A stretch of 64,000 bases of DNA, taken from positions 37,783,090 through 37,847,089 of the forward strand of contig NC_083435.1 in the NCBI RefSeq assembly GCF_020745735.1, written 5' to 3'. This document shows, piece by piece, positions 1-12,860 of this stretch (the first letter of the stretch is position 1; each line of letters begins with the position of its first letter). The notes under the pieces are model-generated. The model saw nothing but the letters and a program-made list of their open reading frames with translations, did not search any database and had not been told where the DNA came from. Position numbers and translations under genes: made by a program. Origin of the DNA: Hemiscyllium ocellatum (lineage: Eukaryota).

Positions 1-1195
1 GTGACAAGTTCGATGGAAGTGACAAAGAGGATCGATGAGGGTAGTCATTGGTGTTGCTTGCGTTGATTTAAGTGAGGCCTTTAACAAGATTCCAATTGGG
101 CAAAAATTAAAAGCCCATGGGATACAAGGTTGAATTGGATTAAAGTTAGCTCAGTAACAGGAAACAAAGGGTAATGTTGGTGGCTGCCTTCGTGAATGGA
201 AAGCTGTTTCCAGTGGGTACTCTGAAGCACTCGGCGTTAGGATCCCCTGCCGTTGGATTGATACATTAACGATTTGGAATTGAATGTGGATGGGGATACA
301 ACTGGGAAATCTGAAAACACAAAAACTAGCCATTTAATGGATAGTTTAGAGATTAGCTGTAAGCTCCAAAATGATATAGATAGGTTGGTGAAGTGGGCAA
401 GGAAGTGGCAGATAGAGTTCAACCCTGATAAGTGTGAGGCAATACATTGACGGAGATCAAACAGTAAATGGGAACACACAATAAACGGGAATATACTGAA
501 CGGGGTGGATGAAGTAGAAGATCTTGGTGTGCAAGTAGATATGGCTGGAAAGAAGGCATATGGAATGGTGTCTTCCACTGGCAGATGGAGAGAATACAAA
601 AATGGTGATAAATGATGAAAATGAATCAGACATTGGTGGGTCTACTGGGGTATTGAGTGCATTTCTGGTGACCACATCAGAGGTAGGAAGTAATTACTCT
701 GGAGAGAGTGCAGAGGAGATTTACTAGAAAGTTGCCAGGGCAGTAGAAACGTAGCCATGAGGAGGGATTGGAGAGATTGGGGAGGTTTTCCTTGGACCTG
801 AGAAAGCTGACGGGTGACATGATTGAGAGATACACAATAGTGTGAGGTAGAGATAGAGTCGACAGGAAGAATCTGTTTCCCTTGACAGGGGGATTAAAAA
901 TTCAGGGTCATAGATCCAAGCTAAGTGGCAGAAAGGTTGGAAGGGATGTGAGAAGAAAAATCTTTTCACATGGAAGATGGTGGGTATCTGGAATTCACCA
1001 CCTGTGTTAGTGGTGGAGGTAGAGACCCTTACCACTTTTAAAATGTACCTAGATCTGCTCCTTCTGTAAGCTGTAAGCTGCAAGCTGCAAGAATTCTGGG
1101 CTGTGTTTAGGAAAATGAGATTAGGAAGGAAATCGGGTATCTTTGGATCAGCATGGGCTAATGGGCTGAATGGCAGCCTTCTGTGCTGTAACATT
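1..1195 (+). mobile_element. Old, heavily decayed CR1-type LINE RT/3' fragment
   Basis: Degenerate RT motifs (AFNKIP-like near 80, VQRRFTRKLPG-like near 705-745) and a CR1-type 3' tail (gggctgaatggcagccttctgtgctgta) near 1165-1190; many stops. Confidence 0.6.
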
Positions 1196-1813
1196 TCAAT
1201 GGTTCTCAGGCACAGACAATTACTGAGATGGGTTTGTCCTGATCACACCAACATTCAGGAGCAATTCTGCAGTAGCATCACCTGCCCTGCCATCTTTGTT
1301 ATCTGTTCATTAATGTATTATTTTCTCTTCATTCATGTTAAATTATTAAAATCCACTACTCCCTGTGAATTTCATTACCGTTAGTAAATGTTACCAATAT
1401 TAATAAAACCTTATGATTACACAGTAAATGTCACAATTCCAAACAAAAGAGCAAAGTACTCACTGAGCAATCCTGTCTCCCGATGACCCCACTCTTCACT
1501 TTTCTTCTGACCCACTCGACACACAGAGTGAAGCTCCCTCTCTTACTGTTTTACTTTGTTTTATCCCACTGTCTGTCTCAGTCCTACTCCCTCTCTCATA
1601 GGGGCAATGTGTAGTTCAGAAAGGTTTGTAATCAAAGCTCTATATTGTTGTCAATAGAAAATTAAAGAGGAAATCTACAACAGCTATTCTATTTAAATTC
1701 TGGAAAATGACATTGAAATGTTATGATTCAACATTACTGTTACTGGCCTGTTAATAGGCACATTTACATTTTTTCTCAGTTATAATGCGGTTTAATATTT
1801 TCATGAATTCCAG

Positions 1814-2145
1814 CTCAGCCCTTTCTGGAGACCGGGCCCACCCTCCATCAGCAGGAAGTCATGGATAAGAATGTGGAACTGAAGCTGATGAGCAAATCTG
1901 AGCCCCAGCTCAAAACACAGCCCTTACAGAGAGAGTCCAAATATCCACGTGGCCTGGAAGAAGGGAATAAAGCCACAAATGAAGAAGAGAATCCCTCAGA
2001 AACAGACAAATTAAATCCTGCAAGCAATGTTTCTGATGGAAACACAGTGAAATATCATCTAGGTAGCAATGTAACTGAATTCTTACCCACCAGTGAGGAA
2101 CAAGAGGCAATGCAGAGTTTATTGAGGCCGTGCAATCCACATTGA
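1814..2145 (+). CDS. Putative terminal cytoplasmic-tail exon of an upstream MHC class I paralog (long frame, about 110 aa, E/K/S/N/P-rich)
   Basis: Acceptor ttccag at 1808-1813. Phase-1 entry gives (A)QPFLETGPTLHQQEVMDKNVELK...RPCNPH*, matching the phase-1 donor of the class I TM exon. Near-identical copy downstream of the in-window class I gene. The link to a class I gene is inferred from position. Confidence 0.5.
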
Positions 2146-2294
2146 GAAAGATCCCCATTACAACCCAACACTAGTCTGTGTACCCCAGAGTTTGGAGGAA
2201 CTGAAAATAATTGCCAGGGCGTAGAAATTGAAATCAATGTGGATGGCAAGCTGCATTCACAAGGGAAAGGAAGGTCTGATTGTATTTATAAATG

Positions 2295-2655
2295 CATTTC
2301 ATAGGATCACCCTAGCGTGGAAGCTGGCCATTTGGCCCATTGTGTATCAAGACCACACCTCTGAACAGCACCCCACACAGACCCACACCCCTCTTATCCC
2401 TGTGACCCTGTATTTGTCATGGCTAACCCACCGAGCCAACATCTCCCTCGATGCTGTGGGTAATTCAGCATGGCCAATCCACTGAACCTGCACGTGTTTG
2501 GATTATGGGAGGAAATCAGAGCACACGGAACAAACCCACACAGACACGGGGAGAATGTGCAAACTCCACACAGACAGTCGCCCGAGGATAGAATTAAACC
2601 TGAGTCCCTGTCACTGTGACACAAAAGTGCTAACCACTGAGCCACCGGGGTACCA
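2295..2655 (-). mobile_element. tRNA-derived SINE (HE1-like), shared at the equivalent position with 36078-36415
   Basis: Reverse-strand A/B box head (gtggctcagtggttagcact...ggtttaattc); same flanks in both duplicated copies. Confidence 0.8.
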
Positions 2656-2827
2656 CATTCAAGAGAAGCTATTCACAAATATTGAATTGGAAAGCCGGGT
2701 TTCAAACAGTGAAAGGAAAAGTCATCAGAATAAGATCTAGACTGGAAATTGTGCAACATAAGAGGTACTACATCATAGTTGGAGAAATAACTGTGATCCT
2801 GCATGTAAAGGATAAAGATAGTTTTGG

Positions 2828-3030
2828 AACATAGAGCATTACAGCGCAGCACAGGCCCTTCGGCCCTTGATGTTGCGCCGACCTGTGGAACCAATCTGGA
2901 GCCCATCCATCCTACACTATTCCATTCTCATCCATATGTTTATCCAATGACCATTTAAATGCCCTTAAACTTAGCAAGTCTACGACTGTTGCAAGCAGTG
3001 CATTCCACGCCCCTACTACTCTCTGAGAGT
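2828..3030 (-). mobile_element. CR1 3' terminal fragment, inserted in copy 1 only
   Basis: CR1 tail sequence interrupts gatagttttg/agagttttgatgag; the site is empty in copy 2 near 36585. Confidence 0.75.
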
Positions 3031-4273
3031 TTTGATGAGTTATTACCAATGTGTGCAGCACAAGTGATGAATGAGTTCCTCCCTTGCACTGGATATTCTG
3101 CAGGAAGTTATCAATCACGTGAGGAGAAAAATATGTTCCTCAAACCCATTATGTGCTGATGAGGCAAAAGAGGAGGCTGTTCAGTCTGTACTGGCTGTTT
3201 GAAGATTTATCTGTTTAGTTCCAGGCCTTCCCCTACCCCATAGCCCTGTAAATGATCCCTTTCAAGTAGTAAACAATTGGTTTTTGTAAGTTCTGTAGGA
3301 GAGGGAGTTAACTGCTCAGGATCAGTTAGGTAGAAAGAAATAGTAATGATAAATCCAAAATAAAACAATCAAACTTGGCAAGAGAACAAAAGGCAGAAAA
3401 AGTAGGATTAACTTTTTTCATTTTTGACTGTGGTGGATCTCAATCTAAAAGATTCACTCCCATGTTCTCTTTTCAAATACTGACTGGCCTGTTGTGCATT
3501 GTTTTCTGTTTTTAATTCTGTGTTATTTTAAAGTTGGAGACATGGACAGTTTAAGGTCATTGTATATCAGTAATGTCAGAAACCAACAGGAACTGCAACA
3601 GGTGGCTCATATCAGAATGCACAACATTAACATTTTGACTAGCTTATTCTTATACATTATATTACAATTTTCTGGTTTCAGATATTTTCATCAAGTACTT
3701 AAAAAGGGAATTATTTTAAAATGATGTTACTCAGTTATGAAGACAAATGTGGTTCCTGGCAATGTTATTGTGTTGCTAAAATTTTAAATTATTGAACAAA
3801 GCAAATTGTCTGAAATGTAGCCTAGATTCTTGTTGCAATCGTTTGGGAGTTTAATTCGGTAAAAAATAGATTTTTGAGTTTCTGCTGACCAGCTCTGATT
3901 GAGTTGAAATCATTTTCTATAGCCTTGCAGCAATTGTTTCTAGTCCCTAGTCATCTGTACTTTATCAAGTGATTTACTTTGAAATTGTATTTAATTTAAT
4001 TTTAATCAACGATAACCTGCATGCCAATAAAGTATTATTTAATCTGCCTTGGCATCATCTCTAACAACTCTTAGATACCCGTACAAATCTGCATGGAGAG
4101 TAAGTTACTAACTGATGGATGTCTCACCTTACTGAATTACATATACATTGCTATTTTGTTACTAAGTGACTGACAGGCTTTTAGTCTGACACTTTCTCCA
4201 TGCTGATTACCAATTATTACTCTTCCAATCCTTACATATCAGAGTGTGACTGAAAATGATAAATGATCTGCCA

Positions 4274-4902
4274 CCCAGGTAAATAGTGCTGTGACGAAGG
4301 CATATGGCGTACTGGGCTTTATTGGTAGAGGAATTGAGTTCCGGAGTCCTGAGGTCATGTTGCAGTTGTATAAGACTCTGGTGCGGCCTCATCTGGAGTA
4401 TTGTGTGCAGTTTTGGTCGCCATACTATAGGAAGGATGTGGAGGCATTGGAACGAGTGCAGAGGAGGTTTACCAGGATGTTGCCTGGTATGGTAGAAAGA
4501 TTGTATGAGGAAAGGCTGAGGCACTTTGGGCTGTTCTCATTGGAGAAAAGAAGGTTTAGGGGAGATTTGATTGAGATGTACAAGATGATTAGGGGTTTAG
4601 ATAGGGTTGACAGTGAGAACCTTTTTCCGCACATGGAGTCAGCTGTTACTAGGGGACACAGCTTTAAATTAAGGTGAGGTTGGTATAGGACAGATGTTAG
4701 GGATAGATTCTTTACTCAGCGGGTTGTGAGTTCATGGAATGCCCTGCCAGTAGCAGTGGTGGACTCTCCCTCTTTATGGTCATTCAAGCGGGCATTGGAT
4801 AAGCATATGGAGGTTATTGGGCTAGTGTAGGTTAGGTAGGCTTCGGTCGGCGCGACATTGAGGGCCAAAGGGACTGTACTGCTGTATTTTTCTATGTTCT
4901 AT
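4274..4902 (+). mobile_element. 5'-truncated CR1 LINE (ORF2 C-terminus plus 3' UTR)
   Basis: ORF 4291-4677 LYKTLVRPHLEYCVQFWSP...VQRRFTRMLPG; CR1 tail near 4860-4900; absent from copy 2 near 46850. Confidence 0.9.
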
Positions 4903-5224
4903 ACTAAACAGAACACTTTCTGGTCATCAGTATATACAGCAACCCTGGAATTTGCAATATATAACCCATCATATGATAATTCAGACTATACAACATGAAA
5001 CAGTCTCATCAACAGCAACAAATTACTTTCACATTTTCCCTAAATAAACACAATTCACATATTTGCATGATTTCAAAAAAGGATTTTAAATGTTATGATT
5101 TTTTTGGATTTATTAAAAGTGTATGATGAGGAAAGATCAAACATATAGTTCATACAGAAGAGTGAAAGACCACTGTTTAGTGACAGACTGGGGCTGTATT
5201 CACTTGCATTACCAAATGATGTCA

Positions 5225-6330
5225 TGAAAGAACTTATGAAACACCACCCTAGGCTCAAAGTTACCGTTAAGATGGAGCCGTCAAACAAGTTCCCTTTGCT
5301 CAAAGTGTTTGTTGAGAAATTTACTCATGGATTTGTTACTCCTTTCAATCACATATTGGGATTCCTACAGCTCCATACACTACAAGCTCAATCTTGTCTG
5401 CAAACTGGTGAGTAAAGCTCTATCCATCTGCTCACCGGGTGAGTTTGATGCTGGGATAGGGCCTATCAAGATGATCTTGCACAAGAATAGATTCGCTGAT
5501 CAGATCAACCTTTGCTGTGTTTTGTACAAACTCCTGAAAGGGGCTGTGACTTCCACTTTCAACCCTGAGAGGTGACCTATATACCTCAGACTACCCTGGA
5601 AAGAGGAAATGATCCAAACTTCGGAGCAGCTGAGCCAGTCATCTCACACTATGACTTTGCAGTTTCCACACAAATGGAATTCTGAAGCAACGGGATGCTG
5701 CTGTCGAGGCAGGAAAAGGTCTCGCCGAGCACACAAATAAGAACACACAGAAGTCCCTAATTTATGAGCATCTGGCCTACAAATTCTCACACTTAGAAAT
5801 GCAACCCCACATAGCGGTGTAATCTTAAAGATCCAAGATACGAACACTTCCTGTACTTATGAATGGCTGTTCTATATTGTGCTGCATTGTGTTCTGACCT
5901 GCACAGAAATAAACCTGTGAACGAACTCAAGATCAGAACTCATTTGCAGCCCGGGGACTACCCTATAATATAGTAAATGAGTTTTGATGGGAATGGTGTC
6001 AGCCACACATCACAACATATCTTTGACTGCAGCAAACAACTCATCCCTTTGACCATCCTGAGCAGACCACAAACTGATTGTGCCCAACCGGCCTCTGCTT
6101 ACAAGCCACAGTATACCATCTCCAACTTTACACATGAGACTGCTCTTAGACAATATTTACTAAACAGGTCTTACGCAGCTGAGAATTACATCAGAAACCA
6201 ATTGAAGATTATCCGGTAGACTTGCACGCTCGAAACTTGATATTTTCACGTACACAAATCTGGTCTTTACAGACAAAGGCATTTGGCGAAGTACCGCACC
6301 TTTTTCATTGAGGAAGGGATTATGGGAATG
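5225..6330 (+). mobile_element. Decayed Penelope-like element (RT thumb and downstream region)
   Basis: HPRLKVTVKMEPSNKFPLLKVFVEK and WDSYSSIHYKLNLVCKLVSKALSIC resemble PLE RT C-terminal motifs; a homologous remnant lies at 47210-47470. Confidence 0.7.
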
Positions 6331-6442
6331 CCAATACTTGCTGTCCTCCCCATGTCAAGCCCCTAACAGAACAAAACTTACCTCCTGCTCTCGTTCAATC
6401 AGCCAACTGAGGCTGACGTAACAGTCCCGCTGTATTTCCATG

Positions 6443-6668
6443 GAGAAAGTGAGGTCTGCAGATGCTGGAGATCAGAGCTGAAAATGTGTTGCTGGAAAAG
6501 CGCAGCAGGTCAGGCAGCATCCAAAGAGCAGGAGAATCAACATTTCGGGCATGAGCCCTTCTTCAGGCTCATTCCTGAAGAAGGGCTCATGCCTGAAATG
6601 TTGATTCTCCTGCTCTTTGGATGCTGCCTGACCTGCTGTGCTTTTCCAGCAACACATTTTCAGCTCTG
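6443..6668. repeat. About 220-bp foldback (palindromic) repeat, PLE-terminus derived
   Basis: Arms are reverse complements around ttcagg..cctgaa; same family at 37276, 53340, 56205 and 61165. Confidence 0.85.
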
Positions 6669-6759
6669 ATGCATTTCCATGCCAACCACATTTCAACCAT
6701 TCCGCACCCTCTTCCCAAGTTGTATAAATTGATACTCCCTCTCTAAGTTGTGTTTCTTG

Positions 6760-7140
6760 TGCATCAGTCCTGATAAACCAGGAGCAGAATTAGGCCATTC
6801 AGCCCTTCGAGCCTGTTCCACCATTCAATAAGATCATGGCTGATCTGCTTGTGTTTCAACTTCCACAAGTTCCCATCTACCCTGATAACTTTGCCCTATT
6901 TGCCTAACAAGGGTCTACCTGCCTCTACCTTAAAAATATTCAATGACACTGCCTCCATCACCTTCAAATTTGCATAGGCCTCTGAGAGAGAAAAAAAATC
7001 TCCTGATCTCTCTCCTGAAAGGAGAGTTTTAAAACAGTGTCCCCTAGTACTGGACTGACCAACAAGAGAAAGCATTCTTTCCACATCAAGACTGTTCAAG
7101 ATTTTATAAAATTCAATAAATCATCCCTCATTCTTCTAAA
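6760..7140 (-). mobile_element. Old CR1 fragment, interrupted by the younger CR1; resumes at about 10985-11520
   Basis: Reverse-strand CR1 3' region on both sides of the 7140-10983 insertion. Confidence 0.65.
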
Positions 7141-7223
7141 CATCAGTGTCAACAAACTTGGTCTGGTCAACTTTTCTCATAAAGCTATTTAGTGTTCTTG
7201 TTTGGTTGACTAAGTGTAGAGTT

Positions 7224-8070
7224 ATGGCAGCACAGGCAGTGGAGTGTTCCTCCTGCAGGATGTTTGAGGTAGGGGTGACCACCGATGTCCTGCCGACTTC
7301 GTCTGCAGGAAGTGCAGCCAGCTCCAGCTCCTCACAGACCGCGTTAGGGATCTGCAGCTGGAGTTGGATGAACTGAGGATTATTCGAGAGGCTGAGAGGG
7401 CGATAGATAGAAGCTACAGGGACATAGTTACATCAGAGAACAGAGGTAGCTGGGTAACAGTTAGAGGTGGGAAGGGGAGGAAGCAGGCAGTGCAGAGATC
7501 CCCTGTGGTCATTCCCCTCAACAATAAGTATACCGCTTTGGATACTGTTGGGGGGGACGGCCTAGCAGGGGTAAGCTGTAGTGACCGGGTCTCTGGCACA
7601 AGGTCCGGCTCTGAGACTCAGAAGGGAAAGGGGGAGAGGAGGAGAGCACTGGTTATAGGAGACTCTATAGTTAGAGGACGGACAGGCGGTTCTGTGGACA
7701 TGGGCGAGACTCTCGGATGGTTTGTTGTCTCCTGGGTGCCAGGGTCCAAGATGCCTCGGACCGTGTCTTCAGAATCCTTAAAGGGGAGGGTGTGCAGCCA
7801 GAAGTCATGGTGCATATTGGCTGGAAGCTAAAAGCTAGGACGGACAGAGTCGTCATCTCTGGGTTGTTGCCGGTGCCACATGACAGTGAGGCAAGGAATA
7901 GGGAGAGAGTGCAGTTGAACATGTGGCTGCAAGGATGGTGTAGGAGGGAGGGCTTCAGGGTATTTGGACAATTGGACTGCATTCTGGGGAAGGTGGGACC
8001 TGTACAAGCAGGACGGGTTGCACCTGAACCAGAAGGGCGCCAATATCCTGGGGGGTAGGCTTGCTAGCAC
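7224..8070 (+). pseudogene. CR1 ORF1 (zinc-finger/SGNH esterase type), frameshifted
   Basis: MAAQAVECSSCRMFEV N-terminus; esterase block ALVIGDSIVRG; VVISGLLPVP; split over several ORFs. Confidence 0.85.
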
Positions 8071-8224
8071 TCTTCGGGGGGGGGTTTAAACTAATTTGGC
8101 AGGGGGATGGGATCCGGACTTGTAGTCCAGCAAGTAGGTTAGCTGTTTTTCAGGATGTCCAGGAACGCAGGGAGGCTGTGGAGAAGGTAGCACTGACAGG
8201 AAATACTTGCGGACATAGAGATGG

Positions 8225-10770
8225 GTTCAAGTGTGTATACTTCAACGCAAGGAGTATCAGAAATAAGGTGGGTGAACTTAAGATGTGGATCGGTACCTGG
8301 GACTACGATGTTGTGGCCATCACAGAAACGTGGATAGAAGAGGGACAGGAGTGGTTGTTGGAGGTTCCTGGTTACAGATGTTTCAGTAAGATTAGGGAGG
8401 GTGGTAAAAAAGGAGGGGGTGTGGCGTTGCTAATTAGAAATGGTATAATGGCTGCAGAAAGGCAGTTCGAGGGGGATCTGCCTTTGGAGGTAGTATGGGC
8501 TGAAGTCAGAAATAGGAAAGGTGCAGTCACCTTGTTGGGTGTTTCCCCCCAATAGCAGCAGAGATGTGGAGAAACAGATTTTGGAAAGGTGCAGAAGCCA
8601 TGGGCGATTTCAACTTCCCAAATATTGATTGGAAGCTGTTTAGATCAAGTAGATTGGAGGGGACGGTGTTTGTGCAGTGTGTCCAGGAAGCTTTTCTAAC
8701 TCAGTATGTAGATTGTCCGACCAGAGGGGAGGCCATATTGGATTTGGTACTTGGTAACGAACCGGGACAAGTGATGGGCTTGTTAGTGGGTGAGCATTTT
8801 GGTGATGGTGACCATAATTCTGTGACTTTCACCTTGGTTATGGAGAGAGATAGGTGCGTGCAACAGGTTAGGTTTTACAACTGTGGGAAGGCAAGACAGG
8901 ATCTGAGGAGCATAAGTTGGGAGCACAGGCTGTCAGGGAAGGATGTCATTGAAATGTGGAACTTTTTCAAGGAACAGATACGAAGTGTCCTTGATATGTA
9001 TGTACCTGTCAGACAGGAAAGAGATGGTCGTGTGAGGGAACCTTGGTTGACGAGGGAGGTTGAATGTCTAGTAAAGAGGAAGAAGGATGCTTACATAAGG
9101 TTGAGGAAACAAGGTTCAGACAGAGCGTTGGAGGGATACAGGATAGCCAGGAGGGAGCTGAAGAAAGGGATTAGGAGAGCTAAGAGAGGGCATGAAAAAT
9201 CTTTAGCGGATAGGATCAAGGATAATCCCAAGGCCTTTTATGCGTATGTGAGAAACATGAGAATGACGAGAACGAGGGTAGGTCCGATCAAGGACAGTAG
9301 TGGGAGACTGTGCATTGAGTTGGAAGAGATAGGAGAGGTCTTGAATAAGTACTTTTCTTCAGTATTTACAGATGAGAGGGACCGTATTGTTGAAGAGGAG
9401 AGTGTGAAACGGACTGGTAAGCTAGAGGAGATACTTGTTAGGAAGGAAGATGTGTTGGGCATTTTGAAAAACTTGAGGATAGACAAGTCCCCCGGGCCTG
9501 ACGGGATATATCCTAGGATTATGTGGGAAGCAAGAGAGGAAATTTCAGAGCTGTTGGCAATGATCTTTTCGTCTTCACTGTCAATGGGGGTGGTACCAGG
9601 GGACTGGAGAGAGTGGCGAATGTTGTGCCCCTGTTCAAAAAAGGGAATAGGGATAACCCCGGGAATTACAGGCCAGTTAGTCTTACTTCGGTGGTAGGCA
9701 AAGTAATGGAAAGGGTACTGAGGGATAGGATTTATGAGTATCTGCAAAGACACTGCTTGATTAGGGACAGCCAGCACGGATTTGTGAAGGGTAGGTGTTG
9801 CCTTACAAGACTTATTGAATTCTTTGAGGAGGTGACCAAGCATGTGGATAAGGGTAGAGCAGTGGATGTAGTGTACATGGATTTTAGTAAGGCATTTGAT
9901 AAGGTTCCCCACGGTAGGCTTATGCGGAAAGTCAGGAGGCATGGGATAGTGGGAAATTTGGCCAGTTGGATAGAGAACTGGCTAACCGGTCGAAGTCAGA
10001 GAGTGGTGGTAGATGGTAAATATTCAGCCTGGAGCCCAGTTACAAGTGGAGTTCCGCAGGGATCAGTTCTGGGTCCTCTGCTGTTTGTAATTTTTATTAA
10101 TGACTTGGAAGCGAGAGTCGAAGGGTGGGTCAGTAAATTTGCAGACGATACAAAGATTGGTGGAGTTGTGGATAGTGAGGAGGGCTGTTGTCGTTTGCAA
10201 AGGGACTTAGATATGATGCAGAGCTGGGCTGAGGAGTGGCAGATGGAGTTCAACCCTGTCAAGTGTGACATTGTCCATTTTGGAAGGACAAATAAGAATG
10301 CGGGATACAGGGTTAACAGTAGGGTTCTTAGTAAGGTGGAGGAGCAGAGGGATCTTGGGGTCTATGTTCATAGATCTTTGAAAGTTGCCACTCAGTGGAT
10401 AGAGCTTGTAAGAAGGCCTATGGTGTGTTAGCGTTCATTAGCAGAGGGATTGAATTCAAGAGTCGTGAAGTGATGTTGCAGCTGTACAGGACCTTGGTAA
10501 GGCCCCATTTGGAGTACTGTGTGCAGTTCTGGTCGCCTCACTTTAGGAAAGATGTGGAAGCTTTGGAGAGGGTGCAGAGGAGATTTACCAGGATGTTGCC
10601 TGGACTGGAGAATAGGTCGTACGAGGATAGGTTGAGAGTGCTAGGTCTTTTCTCATTGGAACGGCGAAGGATGAGGGGTGACATGATAGAGGTTTATAAG
10701 ATGATCAGGGGAATAGACAGTCAGAGACTTTTTCCCCGAGTGTTGCAAGAGGACATAAATTTAAGGTGAA
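8225..10770 (+). pseudogene. CR1 ORF2 (AP endonuclease plus reverse transcriptase), frameshifted
   Basis: YFNARSIRNK, VAITETW, GDFNFP, LDLVL (EN); PGNYRPVSLTS, YMDFSKAFDKVPH, QGSVLGPLLF, FADDTK (RT); broken into 4 ORFs. Confidence 0.95.
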
Positions 10771-12149
10771 GGGTGGAAGGTATGGGGGGGATGTCAGGGA
10801 TAGGTTCTTTACCCAGAGAGTGGTGGGGGCATGGAATGCGCTGCCTGTGGGAGTGGCAGAGTCAGAATCATTGGTGACCTTTAAGTGGCAATTGGATAGG
10901 TACATGGATAGGTGCTTAAGCTAGGACAAATGTTCGGCACAACATCGTGGGCCGAAGGGCCTGTTCTGTGCTGTATTGTTCTATAAGAGAACCTGCACAT
11001 TCCAAATCTCAATCCAATAAACCTCCTCTGAGTCACGTCCAATGCATTTCATCCTTCCTTAACAAAGGAGTCTACGACTGCACACATTAATCCAGATGCA
11101 GCCTCATTAATGCCCTGGATAACTAAAGCATATCCATGTTCAATTCCTCTTGTAATAAGGGATAGCATCCCATTTGTCTTCTTAATCACATGCTGCACAC
11201 CAATGTTAGTTACTCATGCATTATAACACCTAGAATCTGCTCTAACTAAATAATACTGCTCTTTTAATCTTGTTGTCAAAGTGAACAACTTTACGTTTTC
11301 CTGTATTAAGCTATATCTGCCAGATTTGTGACAATTCACTCAACCTAACTATTTTGATCTGTGTCATTTTTATACCTTCTTCATAACGCACTTCCCTGTC
11401 TATCTTTGTGTCATCTGTATGTTTAGCTAAATTTAGCTTTGTCCCCTCATCTAAGTCATTGAGATAAATTCTAAAAGGCTGAGGGCGCAGCACAGACCCC
11501 TGTGGAACTCCAATTCACTGGAAAGTGGTGGTACATACTCTCTCTTTTCTGCTGACCAACAAGAAGTTAAAATAAAAGCAGATACTGACGACCTGAAATA
11601 AAAATAGAGAAAGGTTGCAAGTTGTGAGGAAGACGCCATGGAACTCATATCTTAATTCTGTTTTTCTCTCCACTGATGCTGTCAGACCTGCTGAGTTTCT
11701 CCAGCATTTTTTTGGGTTTTTTCCCCTATCCATGACATTACGTTATCCCCCAAAATTGTGAATTCCCACTTTATCCAATAATCAGCGTTGATAACACTCA
11801 CACTGCGCGAGAGGTGGTTAAACCCCAGGAGATGTAACTTGCCTTATCCTGTTGCTTTTGGGAGGGGGTTGGTAAAGACCTGTCCCATATCTGTTGGGGC
11901 TCTGCTTCTCTCAGGTGCTGTCCAGTCCCTGCTGCACTGTACTGCAGCTTTTCAATGAGGTGAAGCAACTCCCTCACCATCGTCTTGTCTAGATGGCAGA
12001 AAGTATTGGTTAGTCCGGCTTCTCGTGCAGTGAACAAGGATGTGGTGTCCTCCCCCTACACATTCATCTGTCTGTTTTGGAAACTTATTAGTTAACTGCA
12101 AGAGAGATGGATTCTGCTGACCACATTTTGGTTGCGTCTCCCTCAGTGT

Positions 12150-12490
12150 CTGCTATTTCAGCTCCAGAGCAGAAGTATGGTGGTTTGATTCCAGCCTCGG
12201 GTAACTTTCTGTGTGGTGTTTGCGTGTTCTCCCCATGTCTGTATGAGTTTCCTCTGGGTGCCCTGGTTTCCTCCCACAGTCCAAAGATGTGAAAGTTAGG
12301 TGCATTGACCATGCTATAATTGTCCATAATCACCAGGGATATGTAGGTCAATGGATTGGCCAAAATAAATGGGAGGTTACAGGGATAGGTCAGGGTATGG
12401 CTCTGAGTGGGATGTTCTTAAGAGGGCCGGTGTTGACTCGGTGGGACAAATGGCCGCTTTTAACACTGCAGGCTTTCTATGATTCTAAGC
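12150..12490 (+). mobile_element. tRNA-derived SINE, degenerate
   Basis: SINE body gtgtgtttgcgtgttctccccatgtctg...ctcccacagtccaaagatgtg with a CR1-like tail. Confidence 0.7.
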
Positions 12491-12544
12491 TCTAACTGGC
12501 TATGAATTTTTAACTGGGTGAAGTATCTCACTCACTCAAATAGT

Positions 12545-12830
12545 GTGGAAATTTAGATTAGGTTCCCTACAGTATGGAAAAAGGCCCAACAAGTCCACAC
12601 TGACCCTCCGGAGAGGAATCCAGAACCATTCCCCTACACTACAGGCAACTGAGCATGGCCAATTCACCTGGCCTGCACATCTTTGGATTGTGGGAGGAAA
12701 CCGGAGCACCTGGGGGAAACGCCTGCAATTGTGGGCCGAATGTGCAAACTCCATACAGTCGCCTGAGGCTGGAATCAAACCCTAGTCCCTGACGCTGTGA
12801 GGCAACAGTGCTAACCACCAATCCACTGGT
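12545..12830 (-). mobile_element. tRNA-derived SINE
   Basis: Reverse-strand head gtggttagcactgttgcctcacagcg...gggtttgattcc and (taatct)-type tail. Confidence 0.85.
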
Positions 12831-12860
12831 CAGACATCTTTCAGATTCTCGAGTAAGTCA

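Larger units (their letters stand above)
1734..5500 (+). repeat. Segmental duplication, copy 1 (3' end of an upstream class I paralog); homologous to about 35528-36690 plus 44400-47470
   Basis: Collinear unique-sequence matches: 1734-2290 vs 35528-36075, 2660-3115 vs 36420-36690, 3125-3480 vs 44400-44830, 3860-4250 vs 46430-46830, 4910-5500 vs 46880-47470. Confidence 0.9.
7140..10983 (+). mobile_element. Near full-length CR1 LINE, frameshifted (non-autonomous)
   Basis: ORF1 and ORF2 motifs in order, ending in the CR1 tail gggccgaagggcctgttctgtgctgtattgttctat. Confidence 0.95.

Noticed and set aside
2143-2145. Selenocysteine or programmed readthrough at the in-frame TGA
   Set aside because: No readthrough context (TGA-G), no SECIS identified, and the paralog is broken by a frameshift instead.
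9238-9942. 234-aa antisense ORF (also 63669-63980)
   Set aside because: Shadow frame opposite the CR1 RT.
8225-10770. Active autonomous LINE
   Set aside because: Multiple frameshifts split ORF2.
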